From a virus (Duplodnaviria; Caudoviricetes), in IMG/VR virus record IMGVR_UViG_3300020196_000044, positions 1 to 56,295 of that record: 56,295 bases of DNA, one strand, 5' to 3'. Position 1 is the stretch's first letter; every line of letters begins with the position of its first letter. The notes beneath the pieces were generated by a model. That model was given only the letters and a program-made list of their open reading frames with translations. It was not told the origin of the DNA and made no database searches. A program made the translations under genes and the position numbers. Of the stretch, positions 1-8,866 are shown one piece after another.

Positions 1-2
1 CT

Positions 3-122
3 GGTAAGGTTGGTGCTACTGTTGCTGCTGCAGAACGTGTTGGCGTTTATGGTGAATACTACTTCCTGACTGGTGATAAACTGACCAGTAATGTGAAGGC
101 AGGTGTGAAGTATTCCTTCTGA
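3..122 (+). CDS. C-terminal fragment of an outer-membrane beta-barrel (porin-like) protein; 5' part lies outside the window
   Basis: Manual translation GKVGATVAAAERVGVYGEYYFLTGDKLTSNVKAGVKYSF*: alternating beta-strand pattern and terminal Y-x-F signal. Not in the ORF track. Confidence 0.65.
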   Translation, partial: GKVGATVAAAERVGVYGEYYFLTGDKLTSNVKAGVKYSF

Positions 123-143
123 TAACCTAATTATAAGATGAGG

Positions 144-177
144 GAAACCACCCCTTTATGGGGCGGTTCTTTTTTTC
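144..177 (+). terminator. Intrinsic terminator
   Basis: GC-rich stem accacccc/ggggcggt (one mismatch) followed by a T-run, just after the stop at 122. Confidence 0.7.
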
Positions 178-203
178 TAAATACTTTATTTAATAGGGAG
201 GTC

Positions 204-232
204 TTGACAGACCTCCTTTTCTTTAGTACAAT
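204..232 (+). promoter_or_regulatory. sigma70-type (early/middle) promoter
   Basis: TTGACA-17 nt-TACAAT; the -35 sits inside the inverted repeat GGAGGTCT/AGACCTCC. Confidence 0.75.
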
Positions 233-260
233 AGTTAGGTCCTCTGCTCCCCCATCTGTC

Positions 261-440
261 ATGACATCATCTAAAGATCAACTTATCAAAAAACTTTTGT
301 TTCATTTATTTGACGAATATGATCACGATCCGAATGTATTAGAACAAATGTACAACAGTGGGTTCTATAATAACCTTGCATATGATGACATATGGGATAA
401 ATTAAATATAATTGCGGGAGACGTTGTTTGTGACCATTAA
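261..440 (+). CDS. Hypothetical protein (start moved from 138 to ATG 261)
   Basis: The ORF-track N-terminus runs through a terminator and a promoter; the first ATG after the promoter is 261. Confidence 0.5.
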   Translation: MTSSKDQLIKKLLFHLFDEYDHDPNVLEQMYNSGFYNNLAYDDIWDKLNIIAGDVVCDH

Positions 441-675
441 TGCTGTAGTTTATTCAAAAAACAGTTGCCCCTACTGCGATAAAATAAAACAACTTTTTGA
501 TATGCTAGAAATTAATTATGTTTCTTATGTATTGGATGTGGATTTTGACAAACAACAATTCTATAAAGAGTTTGGAGAAGAATCAACATTTCCCAAAGTT
601 GTATTTAATGACAAATTAATTGGGGGTTGCATAGAAACAGTTCGTTATTTAAAAGAGAATGGATACCTCACCTAA
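412..675 (+). CDS. nrdC: Glutaredoxin (NrdC-like); true start probably GTG 430
   Basis: YSKNSCPYCDK active site, TFPKV and IGGC motifs. Confidence 0.9.
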   Translation: MRETLFVTINAVVYSKNSCPYCDKIKQLFDMLEINYVSYVLDVDFDKQQFYKEFGEESTFPKVVFNDKLIGGCIETVRYLKENGYLT

Positions 676-1051
676 AGAAGATCAAGAAACTAAAATAAAT
701 AAAGGTGATGAGTTCATGACGTTAAGGAGGAAGAATAGAAATACTTTAACCGAAAATAAAGTCAATCTTCCAAAGGAGGGAGTAGTCATGAATACCACTA
801 TAATCATTTATTTTACCACTTTAATTTCTATTGGTGGATTATTGATTGGATTTTTATTTGGTTGGTTTGCAAGTGAATATGTAGATACTTACCTTGAAAA
901 CAAAACACAAACCACATTGACTCCGCATCCTGAAATGTTAGATGAAGATGGAAACATGATTCCATTTCAAACAGCAAAACTAATTAGCGTACACTTTGAA
1001 CCATCTGATGACTTTGACACGGATCCTTTTGACGAATATGATGACACATGA
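659..1051 (+). CDS. Cyanophage hypothetical protein with one TM helix; start uncertain
   Basis: Hydrophobic segment, HPEMLDEDGN motif, acidic C-terminus. Confidence 0.65.
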   Translation: MDTSPKEDQETKINKGDEFMTLRRKNRNTLTENKVNLPKEGVVMNTTIIIYFTTLISIGGLLIGFLFGWFASEYVDTYLENKTQTTLTPHPEMLDEDGNMIPFQTAKLISVHFEPSDDFDTDPFDEYDDT

Positions 1052-1054
1052 CCC

Positions 1055-1083
1055 TTGCTTAAGTTAGCAAACTGTGCTATACT
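1055..1083 (+). promoter_or_regulatory. sigma70-type promoter with extended -10
   Basis: TTGCTT-17 nt-TATACT with TG upstream of the -10. Confidence 0.6.
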
Positions 1084-1112
1084 TAGGTTTATTATTACTT
1101 ACTGAGGAGCAA

Positions 1113-1553
1113 ATGAAATTATTGATTTCTGAGATTATAAAGAAAGCATCTAATGCTAAAACAAAAGCAGAAAAAATTAAAATTTTACGAGACAACAACA
1201 CTCAAGCACTTCGTTCAGTTCTGAAATGGAATTTTGATTCTAATATCATTTCAGATCTTCCAGAAGGTGATGTACCATTTAATAAAAATGATGCACCAAT
1301 TGGCACTGAGCATACAGTTCTTGAACGAGAAGTTAAAAATCTTTATAGATTTATCAAAGGTGCAAATACGCTAACTCGTTTTAAGAGAGAGCAACTTTTC
1401 ATTCAATTGCTTGAGGGTCTTCATGAATCTGAAGCAGAGATTATATGTCTTGTTAAAGATAAAAAGATTCAAGACAAATATCGTCTTACTTTTGCAGTAG
1501 TAAAAGAAGCATTTCCTGAAATTAAATGGTCTAATGATGCCGCTTCAAAATGA
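1113..1553 (+). CDS. Conserved T4-like phage hypothetical protein
   Basis: GAGGAG RBS before ATG 1113; LPEGDVPF and FIQLLEGLH motifs. Confidence 0.75.
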   Translation: MKLLISEIIKKASNAKTKAEKIKILRDNNTQALRSVLKWNFDSNIISDLPEGDVPFNKNDAPIGTEHTVLEREVKNLYRFIKGANTLTRFKREQLFIQLLEGLHESEAEIICLVKDKKIQDKYRLTFAVVKEAFPEIKWSNDAASK

Positions 1554-1720
1554 CACAAATTTTTTCCTTAAATAGTCAAATCAAATTAATCAAAAAAGCA
1601 CTTAAGCTTGATTATCTTTACAGTGATAGAGAACTTCGTCACATGAAAAAAGAATTGTCAGAAGCAAGAGAGTGTCTTGAAAGAGAACGTCGCCAACGAA
1701 ACAACGGATTTGGTTATTGA
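1550..1720 (+). CDS. Small hypothetical protein, 56 aa (not in ORF track)
   Basis: MTQIFSLNSQIKLIKKALKLDYLYSDRELRHMKKEL...NGFGY; ATGA overlap upstream and ends 1 nt before thyX. Confidence 0.7.
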   Translation: MTQIFSLNSQIKLIKKALKLDYLYSDRELRHMKKELSEARECLERERRQRNNGFGY

Positions 1721-1721
1721 T

Positions 1722-2354
1722 ATGAGTGTAAAACTTATTAGCGTTACTCCCGATGCAGAAAAGACAATGGCGTATATTGCTAGAGTGTCTAACCCTAGTA
1801 ACCAAGATAACGAAAACTACGCAGGGCTATTACGTTATTGTATTAAGCATAATCACTGGTCTGTGTTTGAACAATCTACTATGAGTTTAGAGATTGAAAC
1901 TACTCGTGGTATCGCAGCGCAAATTTTGCGCCACCGTTCATTTACATTCCAAGAATTTTCACAACGATATGCCGATACCAATCTTCTTTCTCAGCATATT
2001 CCTATTCCTGAACTTCGTCGTCAGGATACAAAGAACCGTCAAAATTCTACCGATGACCTTGATGGTTATCTGAAACTTGTTCTTGAAACTGAAATTCAAG
2101 AACACTTTGCTAAAGCACAACAACTTTATAATCGTCTTCTGAATCAGGGAGTAGCAAAGGAATGTGCAAGGTTTGTGCTTCCGTTGGCAACTCCAACAAG
2201 AATCTATATGACAGGCTCGTGTAGGTCATGGATACATTATATCAATCTACGCTCAGCACACGGCACTCAGAAAGAACATATGGTCATCGCTGAGCAGTGT
2301 CGTGAAATATTTAAAGAACAGTTTCCAACAGTATCAGAAGCATTGGAGTGGTAA
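1722..2354 (+). CDS. thyX: Flavin-dependent thymidylate synthase ThyX
   Basis: RHRSFTFQEFSQRY signature, HWSVFE, GVAKECARFVLP; ATG 1722 preferred over the ORF-track start. Confidence 0.95.
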   Translation: MSVKLISVTPDAEKTMAYIARVSNPSNQDNENYAGLLRYCIKHNHWSVFEQSTMSLEIETTRGIAAQILRHRSFTFQEFSQRYADTNLLSQHIPIPELRRQDTKNRQNSTDDLDGYLKLVLETEIQEHFAKAQQLYNRLLNQGVAKECARFVLPLATPTRIYMTGSCRSWIHYINLRSAHGTQKEHMVIAEQCREIFKEQFPTVSEALEW

Positions 2355-2585
2355 ATGCCAACGTATAATTTTAGAAATATCGAAACAGGTGAAGAGTTTG
2401 AGATCTTTATGAGTATACATGATCTTGATAAATATAAACAAGATCATCCAAACCTACAACAATTTCATAATAAATTTCCTGGAGTTGTGGGAGATGCAGG
2501 TATCAGGGATAAACGTCCTGATGGTTGGAAAGATGTTTTAAAAAGTATCAAAAAAGCAAACTACGGATCTACTATAGAAACTTAA
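2355..2585 (+). CDS. FmdB-like small regulatory protein (Cys-less variant)
   Basis: MPTYNFRN..TGEEFE N-terminus; position between thyX and phoH. Confidence 0.6.
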   Translation: MPTYNFRNIETGEEFEIFMSIHDLDKYKQDHPNLQQFHNKFPGVVGDAGIRDKRPDGWKDVLKSIKKANYGSTIET

Positions 2586-2591
2586 ACTTAT

Positions 2592-3353
2592 ATGGCAAGA
2601 AGAAGAAAAGACACCAGTTTCGATTTTGTAAATAACACTCCAAAACAAATGAGAAGGAAAAAACCAATCAATATTGAACACTTAAAAGATATTGAACCTT
2701 TAACTGATAATCAAGAAAAAACATTTGAACAATATAATGAAGGTAAAAACCTTTTCCTCTATGGTTGTGCTGGTACTGGTAAGTCATTCGTAGCAATTTA
2801 TCTTGCATTAAAAGAAATTCTTTCTGGTAATTCTCCTTACGATAAACTTTATATTGTTCGTTCTCTTGTACCAACAAGAGAAATTGGATTTCTTCCAGGG
2901 GATCATGAAGATAAATCAAATCTTTATCAAATCCCATATAAGAACATGGTAAAATACATGTTCAAGATGCCTGACGATCCAGCATTTGACATGCTGTATG
3001 ATAATCTTAAGGCACAAAATACAATCTCCTTCTGGAGCACTTCGTTCCTTCGTGGAACTACTCTTGACAATGCAATCATATTAGTTGATGAATGCCAAAA
3101 CCTCAATTTCCACGAATTAGATTCTATTATTACCCGTGTAGGTACTGATACTAAAATTATTTTCTGTGGCGATGTTAAACAAACTGATCTTATCAAGACC
3201 AATGAAAAAAACGGTATCCTTGACTTTATGAGAATCCTTCAACTCATGGAAGAATTTGCCAGTGTAGAATTTGGAATTGAGGATATTGTACGTTCTGGTC
3301 TGATCAAGAGTTATCTTCTTAGTAAATTGCATTTAGGACTTGATGAACTTTAA
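2592..3353 (+). CDS. phoH: PhoH-family ATPase
   Basis: GCAGTGKS Walker A, REIGFLPG, FLRGTT, VDECQN, GDVKQTD, DIVRSGL. Confidence 0.95.
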   Translation: MARRRKDTSFDFVNNTPKQMRRKKPINIEHLKDIEPLTDNQEKTFEQYNEGKNLFLYGCAGTGKSFVAIYLALKEILSGNSPYDKLYIVRSLVPTREIGFLPGDHEDKSNLYQIPYKNMVKYMFKMPDDPAFDMLYDNLKAQNTISFWSTSFLRGTTLDNAIILVDECQNLNFHELDSIITRVGTDTKIIFCGDVKQTDLIKTNEKNGILDFMRILQLMEEFASVEFGIEDIVRSGLIKSYLLSKLHLGLDEL

Positions 3354-4029
3354 TCATGTAAAACTTTCTTTTGCCCTTAACGAAATGGTTGCTAAAACCA
3401 TTGAGGGGGAAAGGGTCTATCCTGTAGGTGAGGATAAATTTTATCCATCTATTTCTACAATTACTTCATATCGAAAGCGTCACACCATTAAAGAATGGAG
3501 ACAACGAGTAGGTGAACAAGAAGCAAATAAAATTTCAACCCAAGCAGCTTCTATAGGAACTTCTTTCCATAGTATGGCAGAAGATTATCTTAATAATAAT
3601 TTTAATATAGAAAAATATAAAGATAAATACATGGCAAAGGTTTTGTTTATTCAGGCAAAACCTATTTTAAATATGATTAATAATATTCATTTTCAAGAGG
3701 CACCTCTTTATAGTGATGAATTTCAAATTGCTGGTAGAGTTGATTGCATTGGAGAGTTTGATGGCAAACTTTCGGTAATTGATTTCAAATCATCAATTAA
3801 AGAAAAGAAAGAAGAATGGATTGAGAATTACTTTGTTCAAGAGACAGGGTATGCTAAAATGTATGAGGAACGGTCTGGAATTAAGGTCGATCAGATTGTC
3901 ACCATCATTGCTTGTCAGAGTGGAGAAACACAAATTTTTATTAAAAATCCATCTGACTATGTGCCTCTTTTGATAGATTATATTAAAGAGTACAGAGAAG
4001 GGAATGACAGATATAGACAAACTACTTGA
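3340..4029 (+). CDS. PD-(D/E)XK exonuclease
   Basis: YPSISTI, GTSFH, IAGRVDC, VIDFKS, QETGYAKM motifs. Confidence 0.85.
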   Translation: MMNFNHVKLSFALNEMVAKTIEGERVYPVGEDKFYPSISTITSYRKRHTIKEWRQRVGEQEANKISTQAASIGTSFHSMAEDYLNNNFNIEKYKDKYMAKVLFIQAKPILNMINNIHFQEAPLYSDEFQIAGRVDCIGEFDGKLSVIDFKSSIKEKKEEWIENYFVQETGYAKMYEERSGIKVDQIVTIIACQSGETQIFIKNPSDYVPLLIDYIKEYREGNDRYRQTT

Positions 4030-4261
4030 TGATAACTTTATGGATAAGAATAAGTTTTCGATGACAATCGAAACTATTGTGATGAACAGTAATAAATCAA
4101 TGAATTATATTGATGCTGTTGTACACTTCTGTGAAAATAAAGATATAGAAATAGAATCTGTTGCCAAACTTATTGGACCAACACTAAAAGAAAAGATCAA
4201 AGCAGAAGCATTAAAACTTAATTACATTAAAAAAACCACAAGAGGCATTTTGCCTTTTTAA
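4004..4261 (+). CDS. gp33: Late promoter transcription coactivator
   Basis: YIDAVVHFCE and LKEKIKAEA..LN motifs; gp33-gp59-gp32 synteny. Confidence 0.85.
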   Translation: MTDIDKLLDDNFMDKNKFSMTIETIVMNSNKSMNYIDAVVHFCENKDIEIESVAKLIGPTLKEKIKAEALKLNYIKKTTRGILPF

Positions 4262-4264
4262 ATT

Positions 4265-4840
4265 ATGAAAGCATTTGATACATATCAAGTGTATACTGCA
4301 ATTAAATTACACTTCAGTTCTAGTAGATACAATTACTTTGAATTTGCTGGTAAAACCAAAGTTTCTGTAGAAAAATTTTTACAAAGGAATGATCGGTATT
4401 TTTTTGAAAAGATTTCTAGCAAATACAACACAAATTGTGTAAAGGAATACTTTGTATCTAACTTCATTGCCAATTCTAATTTATGGATTGGTTCTATGTC
4501 AGACACCAACTATGTGGAATGGCAAAAAAAGATGCAGAGTATTTCTTATTTGTTTAAAAATGATCTTGAAAAGATTCTATTGGAGGTTCCTAACATCAAT
4601 GAAGCATTTAAATGTAAAAAAAATCAACATTCATTAATAATAAAAATGTTTATGGGTAGACATTTAATGCTTGAAACACTAGTTATTCTTAATAGATTAA
4701 CTAACTTTGTAAATAGATATGACATCATATTGAAAGATGATTGTATTTGGAATGAGATTTCTTTATTGATTAAAAAATACGATCCCTTCTTGAATTTTAA
4801 TATGAAATCATTGTCAACGATAGTAACACAAGTAATCTAA
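4265..4840 (+). CDS. gp59: Helicase loader
   Basis: YTAIKLHF, RNDRYFFEK, LETLVIL motifs; synteny. Confidence 0.85.
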   Translation: MKAFDTYQVYTAIKLHFSSSRYNYFEFAGKTKVSVEKFLQRNDRYFFEKISSKYNTNCVKEYFVSNFIANSNLWIGSMSDTNYVEWQKKMQSISYLFKNDLEKILLEVPNINEAFKCKKNQHSLIIKMFMGRHLMLETLVILNRLTNFVNRYDIILKDDCIWNEISLLIKKYDPFLNFNMKSLSTIVTQVI

Positions 4841-5196
4841 TGAGTTTCTTTTCATCCGAAATAGTACAAAGAGAAATGTTATATATGCAAAAACTCTATC
4901 AAGAGTTGAGTGCAAAGATGTATAGGTTTCCTTTTATGTCTAGAGAAGAAAGGGAAAAGATAGTGGATGATCTTGATCACTTAATTGATAAGCAGGAAAT
5001 TTTATACACAAGAGTTGCACTTTCAGATCAGGAAGATGCAGTTGAATTTAAAGAACAGTTTAGAATTGCTGCAAAACAAATGGGTATTCCTACTCATATC
5101 ATTGGGTCTGAAGTATTTAAAAATGCAAAACAATCACTTCAAATGATGAGAGATTCTTTGGATTATGATCCCCTAAATAAAGGGACCGACACTTGA
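4840..5196 (+). CDS. DUF1825-like cyanobacterial/cyanophage protein
   Basis: MSFFSSEIVQ N-terminus and KQEILYTRVALSD. Confidence 0.65.
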   Translation: MSFFSSEIVQREMLYMQKLYQELSAKMYRFPFMSREEREKIVDDLDHLIDKQEILYTRVALSDQEDAVEFKEQFRIAAKQMGIPTHIIGSEVFKNAKQSLQMMRDSLDYDPLNKGTDT

Positions 5197-5221
5197 CAGG
5201 TCCTCACCTTTCTGCTATGAT
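5173..5221 (+). promoter_or_regulatory. Late promoter (CTAAATA) plus sigma70-type promoter for gp32
   Basis: CTAAATA at 5173; TTGACA(5193)-17 nt-TATGAT with extended -10. Confidence 0.7.
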
Positions 5222-5269
5222 AATACAGTCAATACAACACTACACATTTAATACGGAGAATACAAACAC

Positions 5270-6163
5270 ATGTCTTTCGCAACACTTAAAAAGCAAGGTT
5301 CCCTTCTTGACAAACTTACTAAGGAAGTAGATAAACTCAACGAAGGTGGCAGTTACATTGATGAACGCATCTGGAAACCCCAGATGGATAAATCTGGAAA
5401 CGGATATGCAGTTATTCGATTCCTTCCTTCTAGGAGCCCTGAAGATCTTCCTTGGGCACAGGTTTGGTCTCATGCATTCCAAGGTCCTGGTGGTTGGTAC
5501 ATTGAAAACTCTTTGACTACAATAGGTAAGCAAGACCCTGTTGGAGAAATGAATCGCCAACTGTGGAATAGTGGTCTTGATTCTGATAAAGAAATTGCTC
5601 GTAAGCAAAAGCGTAAACTATCTTACTACAGCAACATCTATGTAATTTCTGATCCTGCAAATCCTGATAACGAAGGTAAGATCTTCATCTACAAGTATGG
5701 CAAAAAGATCCATGATAAGATCTGCGAAGCAATGAAACCTTCCTTTGCAGATGAAGAAGCAATTGATCCCTTTAATTTCTGGGAAGGTGCTGATTTTAAA
5801 TTGAAGATTACTAAGGTTGCTGGATATTGGAACTATGATAAATCTGAATTTGCTCGTCCTGCTACTCTTGGTAACTTTAGTGATGAGAAACTGGAAAAGA
5901 TCTACAATCAACTGTATGATTTGAATGAGTTCACCGCTGCAGACCAGTTCAAGAGTTATGATGAACTTCAGAACCGTTTTGATATTGTTCTTGGTAAGAA
6001 AGGAACTCCTCGTGTAGATAGGGAAACCTATGAAACCGAATTTATGGAAGAAGAAATGGGACGCTCTGCCGCTGATCTTCCTAATCTTTCTTCTAGTGCA
6101 TCTAGTTCTGACGATGAAGATAACTTCAGTTACTTCAATCGACTTGCTGATGAAGATTTCTAA
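5270..6163 (+). CDS. gp32: Single-stranded DNA-binding protein
   Basis: GNGYAVIRFLP, YGKKI, GADFKLKI, NYDKSEF and acidic tail. Confidence 0.95.
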   Translation: MSFATLKKQGSLLDKLTKEVDKLNEGGSYIDERIWKPQMDKSGNGYAVIRFLPSRSPEDLPWAQVWSHAFQGPGGWYIENSLTTIGKQDPVGEMNRQLWNSGLDSDKEIARKQKRKLSYYSNIYVISDPANPDNEGKIFIYKYGKKIHDKICEAMKPSFADEEAIDPFNFWEGADFKLKITKVAGYWNYDKSEFARPATLGNFSDEKLEKIYNQLYDLNEFTAADQFKSYDELQNRFDIVLGKKGTPRVDRETYETEFMEEEMGRSAADLPNLSSSASSSDDEDNFSYFNRLADEDF

Positions 6164-6170
6164 ATCATTT

Positions 6171-6194
6171 GGGGAGCATTGCTCCCCTTTTTTA
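6171..6194 (+). terminator. Intrinsic terminator between convergent gp32 and gp53
   Basis: GGGGAGCA-t-TGCTCCCC followed by a T-run. Confidence 0.85.
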
Positions 6195-6812
6195 TTACTC
6201 TGAAGATTTTAAAGTTCTAGTAATGTATTCTGTGCTTGGAGTATATTGAATTATTTTTTGGAATATTTCTTCAAACTCTCCAAGGAATTCTGGTCTCAGT
6301 AATACAATATTTCTTTTTTTCTCATTGAGTTTTGATTCGTATTCATAGTTAGGGACACTAATTCTAGATTGTGATTTAGATAATAATTCTCCAGTAGGTA
6401 GTTTAAATCGAAATGATTCTTCAACAATTACACCTTCAGGCATAATAATATTATTTTTATATGAGATTGCTAATGTCTCATAGTGATGAACATCACTAAA
6501 GTTTTGATATTTTTTACTTAAGTATTGTTGAAATACCGCATCAGACATTGGCCAATCTGAATATAAATTAACTATGTTATTTAAAAGTATAATTACCCAA
6601 TCATACTTGGGATCTTGATACTTTTCCATAGCAATTGTATCTGGTCTTTCCCAGTCCTTAACAAAGTAATCTTCAAATAATGTTGCAGATGGTTTGATCG
6701 AATCAATCAGTTTAATCCTAGAGAATATATTTTTAATTAATATATACTCTCCATCAAATGGATTTTTATTATACTTTAGATATATAATTTCTGGTAACTT
6801 TGAAAAATACAT
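6195..6812 (-). CDS. gp53: Baseplate wedge protein
   Basis: MYFSKLP, ERPDTIA..Y, WVIILLN, DWP, HHYET motifs. Confidence 0.85.
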   Translation of the reverse strand: MYFSKLPEIIYLKYNKNPFDGEYILIKNIFSRIKLIDSIKPSATLFEDYFVKDWERPDTIAMEKYQDPKYDWVIILLNNIVNLYSDWPMSDAVFQQYLSKKYQNFSDVHHYETLAISYKNNIIMPEGVIVEESFRFKLPTGELLSKSQSRISVPNYEYESKLNEKKRNIVLLRPEFLGEFEEIFQKIIQYTPSTEYITRTLKSSE

Positions 6813-6813
6813 T

Positions 6814-7938
6814 TTAGTACTCGTCTGATAAAATATCTTCTTGCGTTAATGAAGTTAACTCTTCAAAATTTAAACTAATTCTAACCGTATGTACAAATGA
6901 TCCTGGGGTTGGATTGAATGAATTGTTAGGAGTGTAATCAACAGACATTCTAGTTAGAGCACAGTATTTAGTAACAGGTAAGTAATCTTTTAAATTATTA
7001 CCACCATGGGGAAGGATTCTAAAAACGTAAGGATAGTCAAGAAATAAACTGACATTGTTTCCAGATCTTCTAGCACCAGGATGCATTGCTAATTTAAATT
7101 TTTTAATAATATTTTTGATTTCACTTTCTTCTCCACGATTTCTTGCTAACATTATATAATCAAAATTAAATGATCGTGTATTCATACGATCAAATGTCTG
7201 TAAAGTATTATCATTGAAAGTTATTCCAAGAGAACCACCAAGTAGGGAATCTAATGATATACCTTCTGATTTAGGAATTGATCCTGCTTTTTCGAGAACT
7301 TGACCTACTGCACTACTAGTAACAGTACTTGCTGCAGTTGATATTGCAGCAGCAATATCAGCACCACCTTGACCTATAGCATTTCCCAAGGCACCAAAGG
7401 ATACTTTGTTCCAAGTAGCACCATAATTGTATTCTAATTTTGGTGGCAAATATAAAAATATAGACCCAATTGAAGAGTTTGCTGCTGGATCTGTACCTGA
7501 TGGTCCCGATAATCCTGTTTCACCTGAATCACTAGAAATTAAATTATTTAATCCACTTCCAAATAATCCTTCTAATCCACTAGCACCTTTTATTAATCCT
7601 TGTCTTATATCATTAACTGCTAATGCTTGAGCCGATTTGTAATTATAGATTGCAAATTGTAAGTAAAAATTATTTGGAGAGTTTAATGGATACTTTAAAT
7701 TTCCAGATACTATTGCAGATAATGATTTTTGTCTATTTTTAAATTTTATTTTTTCTGCTTCTGCTTGACTATTCCCATCACTATTATTTTTTGCTTGTGG
7801 GGGCGGTGGCACTGTACCACTGGGATTTCCTATTGTACGTTCCCCACCGACACCAGTAGCCGATCCACCTGGGGTTGTTGGAGGAAGAGCGAACTCTACA
7901 TTAGGTTTAAATGCAGCTGGGTTAAACGATGATGTCAT
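6814..7938 (-). CDS. gp48: Baseplate tail-tube cap
   Basis: RSFNFDY..LARN..E...IK.II..FK..MHP, FLDYP, LTRMSVDYTP, LNFEEL. Confidence 0.8.
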   Translation of the reverse strand: MTSSFNPAAFKPNVEFALPPTTPGGSATGVGGERTIGNPSGTVPPPPQAKNNSDGNSQAEAEKIKFKNRQKSLSAIVSGNLKYPLNSPNNFYLQFAIYNYKSAQALAVNDIRQGLIKGASGLEGLFGSGLNNLISSDSGETGLSGPSGTDPAANSSIGSIFLYLPPKLEYNYGATWNKVSFGALGNAIGQGGADIAAAISTAASTVTSSAVGQVLEKAGSIPKSEGISLDSLLGGSLGITFNDNTLQTFDRMNTRSFNFDYIMLARNRGEESEIKNIIKKFKLAMHPGARRSGNNVSLFLDYPYVFRILPHGGNNLKDYLPVTKYCALTRMSVDYTPNNSFNPTPGSFVHTVRISLNFEELTSLTQEDILSDEY

Positions 7939-8396
7939 TAGACCTTTTGTATTTTAATTGAACTCATAAATCTATTATTAGAATCATAAAATTGCTCTAT
8001 AGTCAAAGCAGCAAAATCAACAATGTCTTTATCTTCAACCTGAAAAAATATATTGTCAGCTTTTTCTGGTATATATCTATGAAGAAGATAATCCTTTATC
8101 TTTATATTTTTATTTAGATATGATTGAGCAAGCAATATTCTATTTTTTTGAGTTGTGTAGTGTAAATTTGCTCCAAGAATTCCATCAGTATATTTTTCAA
8201 GAACTAGTACATAGGGATACCTATCCCAATGTCTTAACTGTTTAAGATACTTTGGTTTGTATTCAAACAAATAGAACTTACCGATCTCAATGCCGCTATG
8301 TTCAACAGCGTTGTTAAACAAATAATTGAATGCAATTTTTCTTTGCTCGTTTCTATTTGATGCGTTTTCTTTTTTAATTTGATCTAATACGCTCAT
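7938..8396 (-). CDS. gp2: DNA end-protector protein
   Basis: GKFYLFEYKPK, WDRYP, GANLHY motifs; adjacent to gp4. Confidence 0.75.
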   Translation of the reverse strand: MSVLDQIKKENASNRNEQRKIAFNYLFNNAVEHSGIEIGKFYLFEYKPKYLKQLRHWDRYPYVLVLEKYTDGILGANLHYTTQKNRILLAQSYLNKNIKIKDYLLHRYIPEKADNIFFQVEDKDIVDFAALTIEQFYDSNNRFMSSIKIQKV

Positions 8397-8824
8397 AACT
8401 TTAGATCCTTTTCTGTTAGTACCTTAAATTCCCATTTTCTATCTGCACAATAATTTTTAGCAGCATCCCATTTAGCTTGATTGACTGCGTAGGTTACTAC
8501 CTCATTAATATACTTTTTAGTTTTTTTCTTTTGAACCTTAGGTTCTTCAACTTGCCTCAATGGTTTTATCTCAATGATATAATTTTTTATTCCAGAGTTG
8601 GATGTTGCTCTGACATAAAAATCTGGAAAGTACCTATGATATCTGCCATCAACAGGGGATACGTATGGTATAATTATTTCTTCTGATGCCCACTGTAGAA
8701 TATTCTCATTCAAATCACAGTACTTCATAAATTTTAATTCCCACAAACTGCGATAGATTATATTGGTGGGATCACCTTTGTACTTCTTAGGAAAGGATGG
8801 TCTAAATTTTCCAGAATATGCCAT
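8393..8824 (-). CDS. gp4: Head completion nuclease (start MAYSGK at 8824)
   Basis: KYKGD, YRSLWE, WASEE, HRYFPDF, EIKP, NQAKW. Confidence 0.92.
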   Translation of the reverse strand: MAYSGKFRPSFPKKYKGDPTNIIYRSLWELKFMKYCDLNENILQWASEEIIIPYVSPVDGRYHRYFPDFYVRATSNSGIKNYIIEIKPLRQVEEPKVQKKKTKKYINEVVTYAVNQAKWDAAKNYCADRKWEFKVLTEKDLKL

Positions 8825-8834
8825 TATATATACG

Positions 8835-8866
8835 ATAAATATTAATAACTTCCCCAACTTATTTAG
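8835..8866. promoter_or_regulatory. Pair of oppositely oriented T4-type late promoters
   Basis: ATAAATA on + (8835-8841) and CTAAATA on - (8860-8866) in the short gp4/gp54 intergenic gap. Confidence 0.7.

Noticed and set aside
3340-4029. Cas4-like nuclease suggesting a CRISPR system
   Set aside because: No repeat-spacer array or other cas genes seen; this is the usual exonuclease beside phoH.
1722-6163. Introns or inteins in thyX, phoH or gp32
   Set aside because: The ORFs are continuous and of normal length.
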